Shown: piece by piece, positions 1-13,043 of the stretch | Layout of the letters: the number at the start of each line of letters is the position of its first letter | How positions within the stretch are numbered: the stretch's first letter is position 1 | Assembly: GCF_006345805.1 (NCBI RefSeq) | Contig: NC_043000.1 | Coordinates: 78,306,001 to 78,370,000 of the forward strand | Direction of reading: 5' to 3' | DNA length: 64,000 nt | Source: Octopus sinensis | Lineage: Eukaryota | Program-made: the position numbers and the translations under genes | The notes under the pieces: model-generated | Told to the model about the DNA's origin: nothing | Database searches by the model: none | The model's input: the letters and a program-made list of their open reading frames with translations, nothing else

Positions 1-836
1 TCAGTGTTTCCAAATCCGAACCAAAGAATTCTGAGCTGACGAAAGAAATGTCCATTTGACTAATCTAGAAACGTACGTTCTCAAATAACCTTTGCATTTG
101 ATTTTTTAATGTCTTTACCCCCATACTTTCGTGAGTTGAATTGAGAAAACACTATATGAGAGAGATTTTCTTTAAGTATTAGAATAGTTTAAAAAAAAAA
201 AAAAAAAAAAATTTTTTTAGCTGCTATTTCTAATGAGTTCAGTATGTGGCAAAGTAATTTATTTTACTAAGCCCTTTTATATAATGTAATAATTTGAATT
301 CGCCTTAATTGGTCCCTTTGCATACTGAATACTTGGTGAAATTGATTAATAATTAATTAATTTTACCCTCAATTGTTGAAATTATAATTCATCTCTCTCG
401 ATTTTACCGATAAAACATAGTGTTTACTGATTTTAACCCACGCTGGTGGAAAGGGGAGTGCAGAAATTCTTCGCTTGCATATTTTGAATTTGCTGGCACT
501 GATAGTTCGAGCGGATCTTCAGAAGCGATAAGAAGCCGAAAGGGTATGCTCCCACTTTCAGTGTTTCCAAATCCGAACCAAGGAATTCTGAGCTGACGAA
601 AGAAATGTCCATTTGACTAATCTAGAAACGTACGTTCTCAAATAACCTTTGCATTTGATTTTTTAATGTCTTTACCCCCATACTTTCGTGAGTTGAATTG
701 AGAAAACACTATATGAGAGAGATTTTCTTTAAGTATTAGAAATAGTTTAAAAAAAAAAAAAAAAAAAAAATTTTTTTAGCTGCTATTTCTAATGAGTTCA
801 GTATGTGGCAAAGTAATTTATTTTACTAAGCCCTTT

Positions 837-844
<8 letters not shown>
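1..844 (+). repeat. Tandem ~557-bp unit (1-285 recurs at 558-844); Penelope pLTR- or retrozyme-like
   Basis: Near-identical direct copies offset by 557 bp. Each has a hammerhead-like core and an A-run/T-run. The second copy ends at a (TA)n tract. Confidence 0.85.
32..83 (+). ncRNA. Putative minimal type-I hammerhead ribozyme (second copy 589-640)
   Basis: tgag-CTGACGA-[aaga..gtc cattt gac..tcta]-GAAA-cgtacg-TT-ctca. Stem I tgag/ctca, palindromic stem III, GUU triplet. The stem II closing pair is A.A, which is non-canonical. Confidence 0.5.
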
Positions 845-867
<23 letters not shown>

Positions 868-1075
868 GATGTATACATATAGATGTATATATATAGATGT
901 ATATATATATATATACATGTATATATATATGGATGTATATATATATACATATATATATATACATGTATATATATAGATGTATATGTATACATGTATATAT
1001 ATATAGATGTATATGTATACATGTATATGTATAGCTGTATATGTATACATCTATATGTATTGCCATATATGTATA
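838..1075. repeat. (TA)n / TATACATG compound microsatellite
   Basis: Visible directly; it generates the spurious Y/I/H-rich ORFs. Confidence 0.95.
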
Positions 1076-3030
1076 CATCATCATCATCATCATCATCATC
1101 GTTTAGCGTCCGCTTTCCATGCTAGCATGGGTTGGACGGGTCAACTGGGGTCTGTGAAGCTGGAAGGCTTCGTCAGGCCCAGTCATATCTGGCAGTGTTT
1201 CTACGGCTGGATGCCCTTCCTAACGCCAACCACTCCGCGAGTGTAGTGGGTGTTTTGTACGTGCCACCTGCACAGGTGCCAGACAGAGCTGGCGAACGGC
1301 CACGAACGGATGGTGCTTTTACGTGTCACCGGCACGGGGCCAGGCGATGCTGGCAACGGACACGAACGGATGGTGCTTTTGCGTGCCACCGACACGGGGC
1401 CAGACAGAGCTGGCAACCGGCCACGAACGGAAGGTGCTTTTACGTGTCACCGGCACGGGGCCAGGCGATGCTGGCAACGGACACGAACGGATGGTGCTTT
1501 TGCGTGCCACCGACACGGGGCCAGACAGAGCTGGCGAACGGCCACGAACGGATGGTGCTTTTACGTGTCACCGGCACGGGGCCAGGCGATGCTGGCAACG
1601 GACACGAACGGATGGTGCTTTTGCGTGCCACCGACACGGGGCCAGACAGAGCTGGCAACCGGCCACGAACGGACGGTGCTTTTACGTGTCACCGGCACGG
1701 GGGCCAGCCGAGGCTGGCAACGGACGCGAACGGATGGTGCTTTTACGTGCCACCGACACGGTTGCCAGACAGAGCTGGCAAACGGCCACGAGCGGACGGT
1801 GCTTTTATGTGTCACCGGCACGGGGGCCAGCCGAGGCTGGTAACGGACACGAACGGATGGTGCTTTTACGTGCCACCGACACGGGGCCAGACAGAGCTGG
1901 CAAACGGCCACGAACGGATGGTGCTTTTACGTGCCACCGACATGGGGCCAGCGAATGGTGCTTTTACGTATCACCGGCACGGGTGCCAGACGAGGCTGAC
2001 AGCGGACACGAACGGATGGGTCACTTAACCCCTGCTTTCTGATATATGATTTGATTTTGATTGTTCTCACTGGTCTTGCCGGGTCTTCTCACGCACAGCA
2101 TACTTCCATAGGTCTCGGTCTCTGGTCATTTCCTTGGTGAGACCTAGAGTTCGAAGGTCATGCTTCACCACCTCGACCCAGGTTTTCCTGGGTCTACCTC
2201 TTCCACAGGTCCCCTCAACTGCCAGGGTGTGGCACTTTTTCACACACCTATCTTCATCCATTCTCACCACATGACCATACCAGCGCAATCGTCTCTCTTG
2301 CACACAACATCTGATTCCTCTTAGGTCCAACTTTTCTCTCAAGGTACTTACACTCTGTCGACTATGAACACTGACATTACACATCCAATGGAGCATACTA
2401 GCTTCATTTCTCGCGATCTTACGCATGTCCTCAGCAGTCACGGCCCATGTTTCACTGCCATGTAGCATGGCTGTTCGTACACATGCATCATACAGTCTGC
2501 CTTTTACTCTGAGCGAGAGGCCTTTAGTCACCAACAGAGGTAAGAGCTCCCTAAACTTTGCCCAGGCTATTCTTACTCTAGCCGTTACACTTTCAGCACA
2601 CCCACCCCCACTACTGACTTGGTCACCAAGTTAACGGAAGCTATCAACTACTTCTAGTTTTTTCCCCTGGAAAGTGACGGAAGTTGTTTTCTGCAGATTT
2701 TCAGAGGTTAATGCTCCCGAGCATCTGCCACATACAAAAACCATCTTCCTAGTTAGCCTTCCTATGACATTGCTGCACCTCTTATGTGTCCATAGCTTAC
2801 ACTTGGTGCATCTTATAGAGTTTCTACCTACACCTCTTCTACAGATCGAGCAGGGCCATCTACCTGAAGGCGTTTGTGATTTGTCTACCTTCCTACTTAT
2901 TAGGACTTTGGTTTTAGCTAGGTTGACTCTAAGGCCCTTCGATTCTAAACCATGCTTCCACACCTGAAACTTCTTCTCCAGTTCTGATAATGACTCAGCA
3001 ATTAGAGCAAGGTCATCAGCATAGAGGAGC
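1076..3030 (-). mobile_element. 5'-truncated RTE LINE (PHD-containing family) with (ATG)n tail
   Basis: Minus strand reads LYADDL, then the PHD (WPCSICRR...CGRC), then LHGSETW, RRLRWYGHVVR and RGRPRKTW. One stop at 2631, 3'UTR 1100-2066, (CAT)n at 1076-1099. Confidence 0.95.
1250..2020. repeat. GC-rich ~60-bp minisatellite (A/B alternating, ~121-bp dimer) in the RTE 3'UTR
   Basis: About 12-13 units sharing ACGAACGGATGGTGCTTTT-x-CGTG-y-CACC. Confidence 0.93.
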
Positions 3031-3122
3031 TATGTATACATGTATTTCTATAGATATAGATGTACATGCAATATATACACATATATATACATATATATAC
3101 ATGCATACATATATACACCCAT

Positions 3123-3155
<33 letters not shown>

Positions 3156-3165
3156 CACATACATA

Positions 3166-3400
3166 GGTGCAGGTGTGGCTGTGTAGTAACAAACTTAGTT
3201 CCAAAACACATGGTCCTCAGTTCAGTCCCACTGTGTGGTAACTTGGCATGTGTCTTCTGCTATAGCCTCAGACCAACCAAAGCCTTGTCAGTGGATTTTG
3301 TAGACAGAAACTGAAAGAAATCAATTGTATATATATGTATGTATATATGTTAGTCTATGTGTGTGTCTTTGTGTTTCTCCCTCATCACTGCTTCACAAAT
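3166..3400 (+). mobile_element. tRNA-derived octopus-type SINE (degenerate)
   Basis: Head ggtgtggctgtgtagt...agttcagtccc and body gtcttctgctatagcc...aaagccttgtcagtggatttt match the other copies. Confidence 0.8.
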
Positions 3401-4600
3401 GGTGTTTGTTAATATTTATAAAATTTTATCATCTTACAAGTTAGAAAGAACCCTCCATGGGGACTTAACACCCACAATTTTGTCATTTTATCTAAGCAAA
3501 AATGAATACAGTTGTGCTCTTGGAAGCTGTAGGGTCACCCGAGCATAAAAGATGAGCATTATTTGTAATTCAATGGTACAACAGAGTAACAGTTTGCTTT
3601 GACATACACTTACATTGTGATTTCTGCAATGTGGTGCATAAATTGTCAAGTAAAAGAGAGGCATCTTTGCCTCCACTTATTCAGTTGCAAAGTGTTGAGT
3701 ATAGTTATTTGATTGCAGACCTCCTTTCAGTCTTTTTATTATCACTGGGTCACATATAGTCGCCAGATGGTAACATTGATTTCAAGGCCTTCCCAGGTAA
3801 GTGACTGGTTATTCAAAGACATTTATAGATTGTAAATTTATTCTGTCCAGTTACGTATCAGTATAGTGGTCATTTGCAAATTCCAGAGGTGACACTTTCA
3901 TTTCTCCTTAGCCCTCACATCACACAGTTGTTAACGCTGATTTCAGTTGGGTCATGCCCTTCCAATTGCTATACATTTGTAATGCATCTTATGGCTGTGC
4001 CTGTCACCTGGATGGTGAAGAATCCTACATTGAGAGTGGTAACGACTAAGGTAGGGTAGCTGACTACTTATTGTGATCATTCAAACCCAGTGAACATATA
4101 TTTCCTATTTCAAAGAAATTCAAACAATAGATATAAGACCCAAGTTAAAAAGATTCTCAACAATTCAACTTCTCTGGTTGACATGAAGATGCCTACCCCC
4201 AACAGGGGCCTTAACTCTCACATTTTAGAGCTCCATGACCTTCATTTTTCAGGAGCAAAATCTTTTTAACAGGTTCAATAAGAGTGGGATTTTGGAATAT
4301 GTGCATAAAAATTAGTAGTATGGGATACATGTGACATGATTACAATTTTTTTAGGGTGTGTAAAGAGGAAAATAACCCTCATCTGCAATTTTGATGAAAT
4401 TAGAAACATAGATATTCCAGTCCATTACAGAAAATATAACAGAAAAGTCTAATTCTTCAATTGAATGTAATACGGGCAACACCGGGTATCTCTGCTAGTA
4501 ATATTATAAATGATACTGTTTACATTGCATTAGTACAGTGTAAAATAGTAAATGTCCTGATAACCTGGAATGCTTATTATTCCCTAAGATTTTAAAAATA

Positions 4601-4790
4601 TGGTAAGTAGCTTCCTTAGTAACCACATGGTTCCAGGTTCAGTCCCACTGCGTGGCACCTTGGGCAAGCGTCTTCTACTATAGCCCTCAGGCTGACCAAA
4701 GCCTTGTGAGTGGATTTGGTAGATAGAAACTGAAAGAAGCCCATCGTATATATATATATATATATGCATGTGTGTGTATATGTTTCTGTA
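4601..4790 (+). mobile_element. tRNA-derived SINE, partial
   Basis: tggtaagtagctt...ggttcagtcccactgcgtggcaccttgggcaag; same family as 21163. Confidence 0.85.
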
Positions 4791-4817
4791 TTTATGTATT
4801 TATATATATATATATAT

Positions 4818-5622
4818 ATCATCCTCATCATCATTTAACGCCTGTTTTCCATGCTAGCATGGGTCGGATGGTTCGACCGGGGTCTGGCAAGCCAGGAGGC
4901 TGCACCAGGCTCCAGTCTGATCTGGCAGTGTTTCTACAGCTGGATGCCCTTCCTAACACCAACCTCTCCATGAGTGTAGTGCGCGCTTTTTACGTGCCAA
5001 GGGAGGCTGGAAATGGCCTCGATCGGTTGGTATTTTTTGCGCGCCACCGGTATGGAAGCCAGTCAAGGTGGCGCTGACACTGACCACATATGGATGGTGC
5101 TTTTTACGTGCCAGGGGAGGCTGGCAACATCCACGATCGGTTGGTGCTTTTTACGTGCCACCAACACAGAAGCCAATCAAGGCAGCGCTGGCATCAGCCA
5201 CATATGGATGGTGCATTTTTTCTACGTGCCACTGGCCACAAGTGCCAGGGTAGGCTGGCAATGGCCATGATCGGTTGGTGCCTTTTACGTGCCACTGGCA
5301 CAGAAGCCAGTCAAGGCGGCGCTGGCATTGGCCACGTACGGATGGTGCATTTTACGTGCCACCAGCATAGGTATCGCAACTACAATTTCCATTTGATTTT
5401 TTGATGCTGATGTACTTGACTCAATAGGTCTCCTCAAGCACAGCAGGTCGCCCTATGATCCAAGGTAAGTACAGCAGGCCGTCCTGCGATCCAAGGCACT
5501 TTGGATGGGCTGGGGCTTCTATGTGAAGCTGGTGCAGGAAACAGCCATGAACTCACATTATTTATCAGGTCTTTGCAGTCACAGCATATCTCTAGAGGTC
5601 TCGGTCTTCTGTCATTGTCTCT
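4818..5622 (-). mobile_element. RTE 3' end (UTR plus last ORF codons) with ~6 minisatellite units
   Basis: (CAT)n tail. Closely matches 58153-58680 and ends in DRDL-x-RYAV codons. Confidence 0.85.
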
Positions 5623-5680
5623 GTATATGTATTTATATATATATATATGCATGTAGAGAGAGAGAAATAAATATAAAGGT

Positions 5681-6010
5681 TTTATTAATCTTTCTGCATT
5701 TTCAGAAGGTTCCTAGTTTCTCTCTTTTTACCTTCTTTGATATTACAATACTTGAAGCAAACTATGTCTACTTTCCTTGTTCATATGGGTTGGCTAGGAT
5801 CAAAATGTAAACATTTTCATAAAAAGCCAATATTTTTCAGTTTCTCATGATGTTTGTTCTCCACTAAATTAGACAGGATTCCTTTGTCCCTCTCACCATC
5901 AAAAATGCAGAAATTAAATGGAGGAACAGATGCCAAAGAAGATGAAGAAATGTCTAGCACTCAATAATAACTGAAACAACTATAAATAATGTTATCTATG
6001 TCTCTTTATT
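5681..6010 (-). terminator. Candidate AATAAA polyadenylation signals for TMEM254 (6010-6005 and 5686-5681)
   Basis: TTTATT on the + strand about 110 and 430 nt downstream of the stop codon. Usage unknown. Confidence 0.35.
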
Positions 6011-6116
6011 GGTTGATTATTGATAAATTCATAATATTTATGAGGAATCAAATTATATAAAATTTTTTACTTCAAAGACATATTTTGTATCAAGAATACA
6101 TGAAGTTGGAAAATAT

Positions 6117-6225
6117 TCAAGTGGATTTCTCTTTGATAGGTTTTAGATACTTCAAGCAGAAAAAGCCATAGACAAACACCAATATGAACCAAGAGATTGT
6201 GTCAAGCAGATTCAGATTGTATCTC
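6117..6225 (-). CDS. TMEM254: TMEM254-like, last coding exon (RYNLNLLDTISWFILVFVYGFFCLKYLKPIKEKST*)
   Basis: Long pyrimidine tract plus CAG, phase-2 entry, TGA at 6119-6117. WF-x-x-x-F-x-x-G followed by a basic tail, as in the TMEM254 C-terminus. Total CDS 366 nt, in frame. Confidence 0.9.
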
Positions 6226-6279
6226 CTGGTAAAAAGAAGCAAAAAGAAAATTAATTAATAAATATATCACCACAACCAC

Positions 6280-7420
6280 CACCATCATCGTTATCATTTA
6301 ATGTCTGTTTTCCATGCTGGCATAGGTTGAATAATCTGACAGGAACTGGTAAGCCACAGGATTGTGCTGGGCACTGTTGTCTGTTTTGGTATGGTTTCTA
6401 TGGTTGGATACCATCCCTAATGCCAACCACTTTACAGAGTACCCCGGGTGCTTTATACATTGCATCAGCAGGGTCACCAAGTAACTTGAAAAACAAAGAC
6501 CCTTCGACTGGGAGAGGGGAGTAGTGTTGAGGGAGGTGGCTTTGTGCCAGTTAATGAGAAAGTTAAGGTAAATTAGAGAAATAAGTATAGGTGCCTTGCT
6601 GTTAAGAAAGTACATGGCCAATCCAGTTGAAAAAGAGAAAACACAGTGGTGCAAAGGTGTTAGGGTATACCCTCAAGTTACAGGAAGGTGAATATAAGGG
6701 AAGTGGTACAAAGGATTGGTTAGGGTGAATAGGTAGGGAAGTTTGTGGGGAAAAGGGAGTGACAGGAATAAGGTCAGAGGTACATGGGAGTAGGAATGGT
6801 GGGAGACAGAGGTAATGGAAACTGTGATTGGAAATCCTTCATTTCTTTCTAGCTATCATATGCCCCTTGTGTTCTCAGCCCACATTTTACTACCATGTAG
6901 CATTGCTGATCATACACAAGTGTCATACAATCTATCTTTTACTCTGAGAGAGAGGCCTTTTGTCACCAACAGAGATAATAACTCTCTGAACTTTTCCAGC
7001 TGGTTCTTACTTGTAAAGGTCCTAATGGGCATTCAAGGAAATCTATTTCCCATGAGTTCTTATTGAGTATTGCTCCTGCACAACTGCCACACACAATATC
7101 TACTTTCTCTGTTAATCTTATTTCATTTCATCTCTTATGTGTCCAGTTTGCACTGGGTTCATTATATGGAATTTCTACCAACAACTTTTCTACATATCAA
7201 ACAGGGCCAATTTATTAAGGGATTAGTGGTTTATCTGTTTCCCTGCTTATTAGAACTTCGGTTTTTGCTGAATTAACTTTAAAACCCTTTGATTTCAGGT
7301 TTTGCTTCCACACCTGGAATTTTTAATACAGCTTCAGAACAACTAGTCATAAACTCTGCTATTATGACCTAGTAGACTATGATAAAACATGACAATATCT
7401 CCAGTGCTAGTGCCATGCTA
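6280..7420 (-). mobile_element. Old degenerate RTE fragments
   Basis: Recognisable 3' end, LVTKGLSLRVK region and PHD remnant near 7080-7210. Confidence 0.65.
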
Positions 7421-7689
7421 AAATACACTCAGTACACTCTGTAAAGTAACTGGTGTTGGAAAGGGGATCTGGCCATAGAAACCATGCCTAAATGAAATGT
7501 ACAAGGGAAATGGGATTCACCAACCCATCTAATAGGGCAGTATCTCTAAATAAGGGTTGACTGAAACTGTAACAACCTGTGTGTGTGTTCATTCTCTTCT
7601 GTTTTTAATTATCTAAATTCTTCCTTTGAGGAAGGAGCTGGTTTGAAACAAAGATACAAAGTTCTATCATTGGAATATAAATAACAAAA

Positions 7690-8125
7690 ACGATGTCTCA
7701 TTTTAATCTTGAGAAAAGCCTTGCATATTTTCACTGTTCCACTTATAGATTGTATTTGTAATGTATGAGTTAGTTGATTGCTTTCTTTTTCCGAAAACCC
7801 TAGCTTATCCACATAGTCATTTAGGTTATTTACTTACAAAACAAAGTGTACCAATTATAATAATTAATATTGGTATAAATTTATAATTTGGATGTAGAAG
7901 CTGGAGGTCTCAAAGCTGTTGTACATAGTTATCCTCTTTCTCTTTGACTTTCAAAGAGATAGTCACATCTGCAGGACAGTTGACCTCTATAATGGTATAT
8001 ATTTTCTTGTTTGTTCCAAACAACAATATCTGGTCCATTATGCTTTTACTTGACAAATGTTTTGATAAGAATGTTCCACCAGTATTCACTGTGTTGATGC
8101 TTGTATATGTATTCAATAACAAGCA
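7690..8125 (-). mobile_element. 3' fragment of an RLE-type non-LTR retrotransposon (R4/HERO/NeSL-like)
   Basis: DQILL...IIEVNCPADVTISLKVKEKEDNY and LQIQSISGTVKICK resemble a PD-(D/E)xK restriction-like endonuclease C-terminus. Confidence 0.65.
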
Positions 8126-8137
8126 TTCCAGTGTATG

Positions 8138-8178
<41 letters not shown>

Positions 8179-8419
8179 ATGCATGCCTCAACCTTCTGAT
8201 GAAAAATACCCATGTGTTACATAGTTACAAGTATATATCCACTTCGATACAGTTATAGAAATGCGACAATTTGAAAGGAACGAAAATCTATGTCATGAAT
8301 AACTTTAAAATTTAACAGTAATAAACATTTGTTGGAATTTCTAAAGAACATTGTTGTCTCATTTAATATTAAATATAAACTGAAAGCTATTATTTCTGTT
8401 GATAATAAGAGCTCTTTCT

Positions 8420-10290
8420 ACGCTATGCCTTGTAAAGGGTAAATAGGATTCCTGGCAAGGGTGGGGCTATGGTCCATTTGGACCAATCGAAAGCATTTGA
8501 TAGGGTAGACATTCAGTGTCTGGTGGCGGTCCTCGCGGCAGCTGGCTTCAGCCCGACCTTCCACGGATGGATCAACGGTTTATACAGCAACATCAAATCA
8601 GTAGTTTGGGTGAACGGTTTCTTTTCGGAGCCATTCCTCATTGAACGTTTGGTATGTCAAGGGTGTCCTCTCTCCCCACTTCTCTACGTTTTGGCCCTCG
8701 AGCCGTTGCTGAGGAGGTTGGAAACTATGAGAGGCACTCCGCAAGATCTAGGGTGCAGAAAGTCGGTGTATGTGGATGGCATCACCCTCATCGTATGCCG
8801 GGCCGAGCACCTACAGTGAGTGGGTGAGGCCTTAAGGGATTACGAAGCAGTGGCAGGAGCGAAAGTCAACCGGGATAAATCGGTCGGCTTGCAACTTGGC
8901 ACCTGGAGGAGCAAGTCGATGCCTTCCGACAGCATCGTAGGATGTTACACGGAAGGGCCGGTGAAAATGCTTGGAATCTGGTTAGGTCCAGATCTCCAGA
9001 TAGAGAAGAATTGGACTGAGGTGGTGCGAAAGGTAGCTCTCCTAACTCAGACCTGGTCTGAGCGGAAGCTGTCCTTGAAAGGGAGGGCGGAGGTTGCAGA
9101 GGTGTTTATCGCCTCTGTAATCACTTACCGCCTGACCGCCGTGCCTTGCCCTGATTCGTGGCTGAACAAGCTGGAACACATGCTCTTTTGCTTTTTGTGG
9201 AGGAGCAGCAGACCTCTTGTAAGGCACTCTATCTGCTGCCAAAAGCCACTGAAGCGTGGGTTAGGGATGCCGTGGCTAAAAATGCACAGACATGCGCTCA
9301 GGTTTAGGCACCTCTGGCTTTACCTGGAAGGTGAGCAGGTGTGGTCTCCGTTCGTCAAGCTATTATTTCCACAGTTCACATAGTTTACCAAATTGAACCC
9401 ATGGATCAAGTGTAGACCGAGGTTGGGCGTGTGGCATGCAGAGTGCCATCAGACACTTGTGCTTCTCTCCCAGTCGGGCAACGCCGGTGGCGGGGTACTA
9501 CCTCGTTCTTCTATAGAGGGTTAGTAGAGTTTAAGTGTGACGACGTTCTGGGAGAAACCCTAGGCTTTGATGAAGATCAACTGGCCAGCCTGTTCCAAAG
9601 AACATTCGGGCCGGGGCCTATGGATAATGACCAAAAGTCCCTGGCCTGGCAATGTTACAAAGGAGCCTTACCGGTTCGTGATAAGTTCTTTAGACATGGG
9701 TGTGCACCTTCGCTGGTTTGTGCAAAATGTGAACGGGACAGTGAAACTGTCCTGCACATGATTGTCAACACCTGCTGTCGCATTCGAGAAGAGTACAATT
9801 GTCGAGTGAATCTGTAATTAAGAATAGGGAGGAGCAAGCCTGTTTTCTCTCGGTAGTTGCTGTGGCAAAAGAGGTAGTATGCAAGACGAGAGTGAAAGGA
9901 ATTGCAACAAGCATGTTCATCTCCAGTCTCAAGCTAATAGACTTTTTTGTTTTCCACATGAAACGGAAAATAAGGCTAGAGAAGAAATGCCTGTTGCAAA
10001 GTGTGTTTTGTAAAAGATGGAAGTCTATAGCAAGTATGTTGTGAGTGAAAGAACCTGTCTAAATGAGAATATAAAAAAGGTGAAAGCAAAGTCTTCAGTG
10101 TGAGTATGTGGTTTGTGGGGTCGACCACGTCCTCTGCTTCATTTTCTGTAAATCACTTCTCATTTAATTGTATATATTTCAATTGTTTGTTTATTCATAC
10201 ATTTCGTCTCATTCCCCAATTTTTGTTTGTCTGTCCTCGTATCGCCCCCTCTTTTTCTCAACCTTATGGTGAATAAAGAAATTCTCTCTC
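8420..10290 (+). mobile_element. 5'-truncated L1/Tx1-clade LINE (ORF2 RT and C-terminal zinc knuckle), decayed
   Basis: LDQSKAFDRVD, QGCPLSPLLYVLALEPL, LSLKGRA, GLGMP and CAKC..ETVLH. Ends in AATAAA plus (CT)n. Confidence 0.92.
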
Positions 10291-11661
10291 TCTCTATCTC
10301 TTCCTCTCCCTCTCAGCATGAAATACTGTGTAGCATTATTTCAAAGAGATAGTCTTGAGGCATGGGCCCTGAATGCAGAGAGCATGTAAGTACTAAAGAG
10401 GAATGAGATTAGTATGGATTTTGCTAGATTCCATTCTAAACACCTCTGTTATCTGCTATCATTTTTAATGCCTTCTCATATCTACCATTATGCTACACTT
10501 ACTATAGCCCCCTAATGTATCTCTATTTCACCCTTTCACTGCTCTTACACCTTGCTGATCATTCTGCTACTTTCTGATCTGTACTGTATGGATGTGCATA
10601 TACAACAAAGTGCTGATGTATTGAGAGAAAAGCTAGGCATAAAAGGAATAAGATGTAGTGTGCAAGAGAGAAGACTGCACTGGTTTGATCATATGATACA
10701 TATGGGCGAGGATAGCTGCTGATTGCTTAAAGTAGATGGAATTTGTGGAAGTGGTAGACCCATGAAGACATGGGACAAAGGAATGAAGTCGTATTTCAAG
10801 ATAGGAGATGATTGGTGATTTGCTGTGCTTGAGAAAATCCATTCATCACAATAAAAATGATACCCGAAAACCATTTGGGTTATGCTTGTATATGCAGGGC
10901 CCTGAATCATTTTCTTTCTCTGTCCTATCAAATATTTCTCATGATCTTCATTCCCTACCACCTATCACTCTTCTATTTACAGTACCACAGTAATCACCTA
11001 AGAGCAGAATAGGCACAGATTACACCCTTCCCATTCAGTTACTTCCCTCATCACCTCCCAAACCACTTTCATTTCTCATTACTCATCTCTGCTCACACTA
11101 TTTCCTCCAATCACCTCCTTTCTGTGCCTTCAGCCCTGCTCTCTCTCCCCTGCTAGATTCCATTCTTAACACCTCTGTTATCTGCTATCATTTTTAATGT
11201 CCTCTTATATCTACCATCATGCTACACTTGCTGATCATTCTGATCTGTACTCCTTCTTGAGCCACTCCTACATCTCTCACCATAGCTCTCTCCATAATAG
11301 TATTTCCCATTAACTGCACCTCCACCATTGTTCATCTCTTGCTACATTTACCTCTGCCTTCATGTCTAACCACCTATTACACAAGTTTGTATATTATGGG
11401 TAGAAGAATCAGATATCTCACAGTTGTTTCATTGTCTGTCAAAAAATATTTTTTAACAAAAATGCTCAAACTTGAAATATTAGATTCCTTATCTAGTTGT
11501 GATATACAAATTTATCCAAATTAATGAGCTTCATTCTATGATCTTTATTGCAGGCAGACCACAGCCACCACAAATACCAAGATCACAAAGATGATCACTA
11601 TTACTACTGCCACCACCATTGCCATCCCACCATAGTTTCCACCTTGTTTTCTCTGACTCCT

Positions 11662-12435
11662 TTATCTTTTTATCTTTTACTTGTTTCAATCATTAGACTA
11701 TGGCCTTGCTGGGGTACCACCTTGAGGAATTTTAGTTGATCTAATTGACCCCAGTACTTATTTACTTTTTAAGCCCGGTACTTATTCCATCAGTCTTTTT
11801 TGCTGAACCACCAAGTTATGGGGACATAAACACACCAACACTGGTTGTCAAGTGGTGGGGAGACAAACACAGACTCAAAGAGCCACACACACACACATAT
11901 ATGACAGGCTTCTTTCAGTTTCTGTCTACCAAATCCACTCACAAGGTTTTGGTCGGCCTGAGGCTATAGTAGAAGACACTTGCCCAAGGTGCCACACAGA
12001 GGAACTGAACCTGGAACCATGTGGTTGGAAAGCAAGCTCCTTACCACACAACCATGCCATTATTATTTTACTTGTTTCAGTCATTTGACTGCAGCCATGC
12101 TGGAGCATCACCTACAGTTGAGCAATTTAACCGCAGGACTTATTCCTTGTAAGCCTAGTACTTATTCTATCAGCCCCTTTTGCCAAACTGCTAAGTTACG
12201 GGGATGTAAACACACCAGCATCGGTTGTCAAGTGATGTTGGGGGAACAAACACACACACACACACACACACATATAAGATGGGCTTCTTTCAGTTTCTGT
12301 CTACCAAATCCACTCACAAGGCTTTGGTCAGCCCAAGGCTATAGTAGAAGACACTTGCCTAAGGTGCCACACAGTGGAACTGAACCAGGAACCATGTGGT
12401 TGGTAAGCAAGCTACTTACAAGACAGCCAATCCTG
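11662..12435 (-). mobile_element. Two head-to-tail full-length SINE copies (11662-12058, 12063-12435)
   Basis: Each has an aaaagta-type tail, internal (CA)n, the ccttgggcaagtg core and a tRNA-like head. Confidence 0.9.
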
Positions 12436-12584
12436 CACCATTGTTTACCTTTTTAAAAAAATCCTGCAGTCATCAACATACAGAGAAACTGAATCAAGGA
12501 TATGCACAACAATGTGAAAACAAAGATTTTAGAATTTACTAAGTTTGAACTGAAACCGGAGGTAACAGTCAGTCGGTCATTAAC

Positions 12585-12694
12585 AACCTATTTAGGCAGA
12601 ACAAATTTAACTTGCCTTACTACTGCATAAAGCACAATCATACCTGCAACAAGGTCGGACGTTAACCTATTTAGGCAGAACAAATTTAACTTGC
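12585..12694. repeat. Perfect 31-bp direct repeat around a 48-bp insert
   Basis: aacctatttaggcagaacaaatttaacttgc at 12585-12615 and 12664-12694. Confidence 0.9.
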
Positions 12695-13043
12695 TACTAT
12701 TTTAAGAAAAGGATTCATATAATAATACTCTGCTTTTCTACTTAGATTCTAAAGAGAGAAGCCTGATTAATCATATTATCTAAATCTATAGTATCATTTT
12801 CAATCAATTGTTGCCATATAATATTTGATAGAAACCCAATAATAAAGGCATTTTGGATATTTATTAGTTTTAGAATATTATTAACTACATTCTTCTAAGA
12901 ACCAGAAGAAATGGTCTAATACTTCACTATTCTTAAACAGACAAACATTCAGAGATTTTAGGATACTTGGTGACTTCTATGTTTGTTGTGTATTATATAT
13001 GTATTAATAGATTTTAGGATTGTGTAATTATCTACAGTAGGAA

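Noticed and set aside
798-1246. Y/I/H/M-rich ORFs (also near 3002, 24303 and 59848)
   Set aside because: These are translations of microsatellites.
1250-2020. CRISPR-like repeat/spacer appearance and long ORFs
   Set aside because: The intervening sequences are themselves repeated, the context is a eukaryotic LINE 3'UTR, and there are no cas genes. The ORFs arise from a stop-poor GC-rich repeat.
3500-4060. Possible decayed retroelement coding sequence
   Set aside because: No motif recognisable with confidence.
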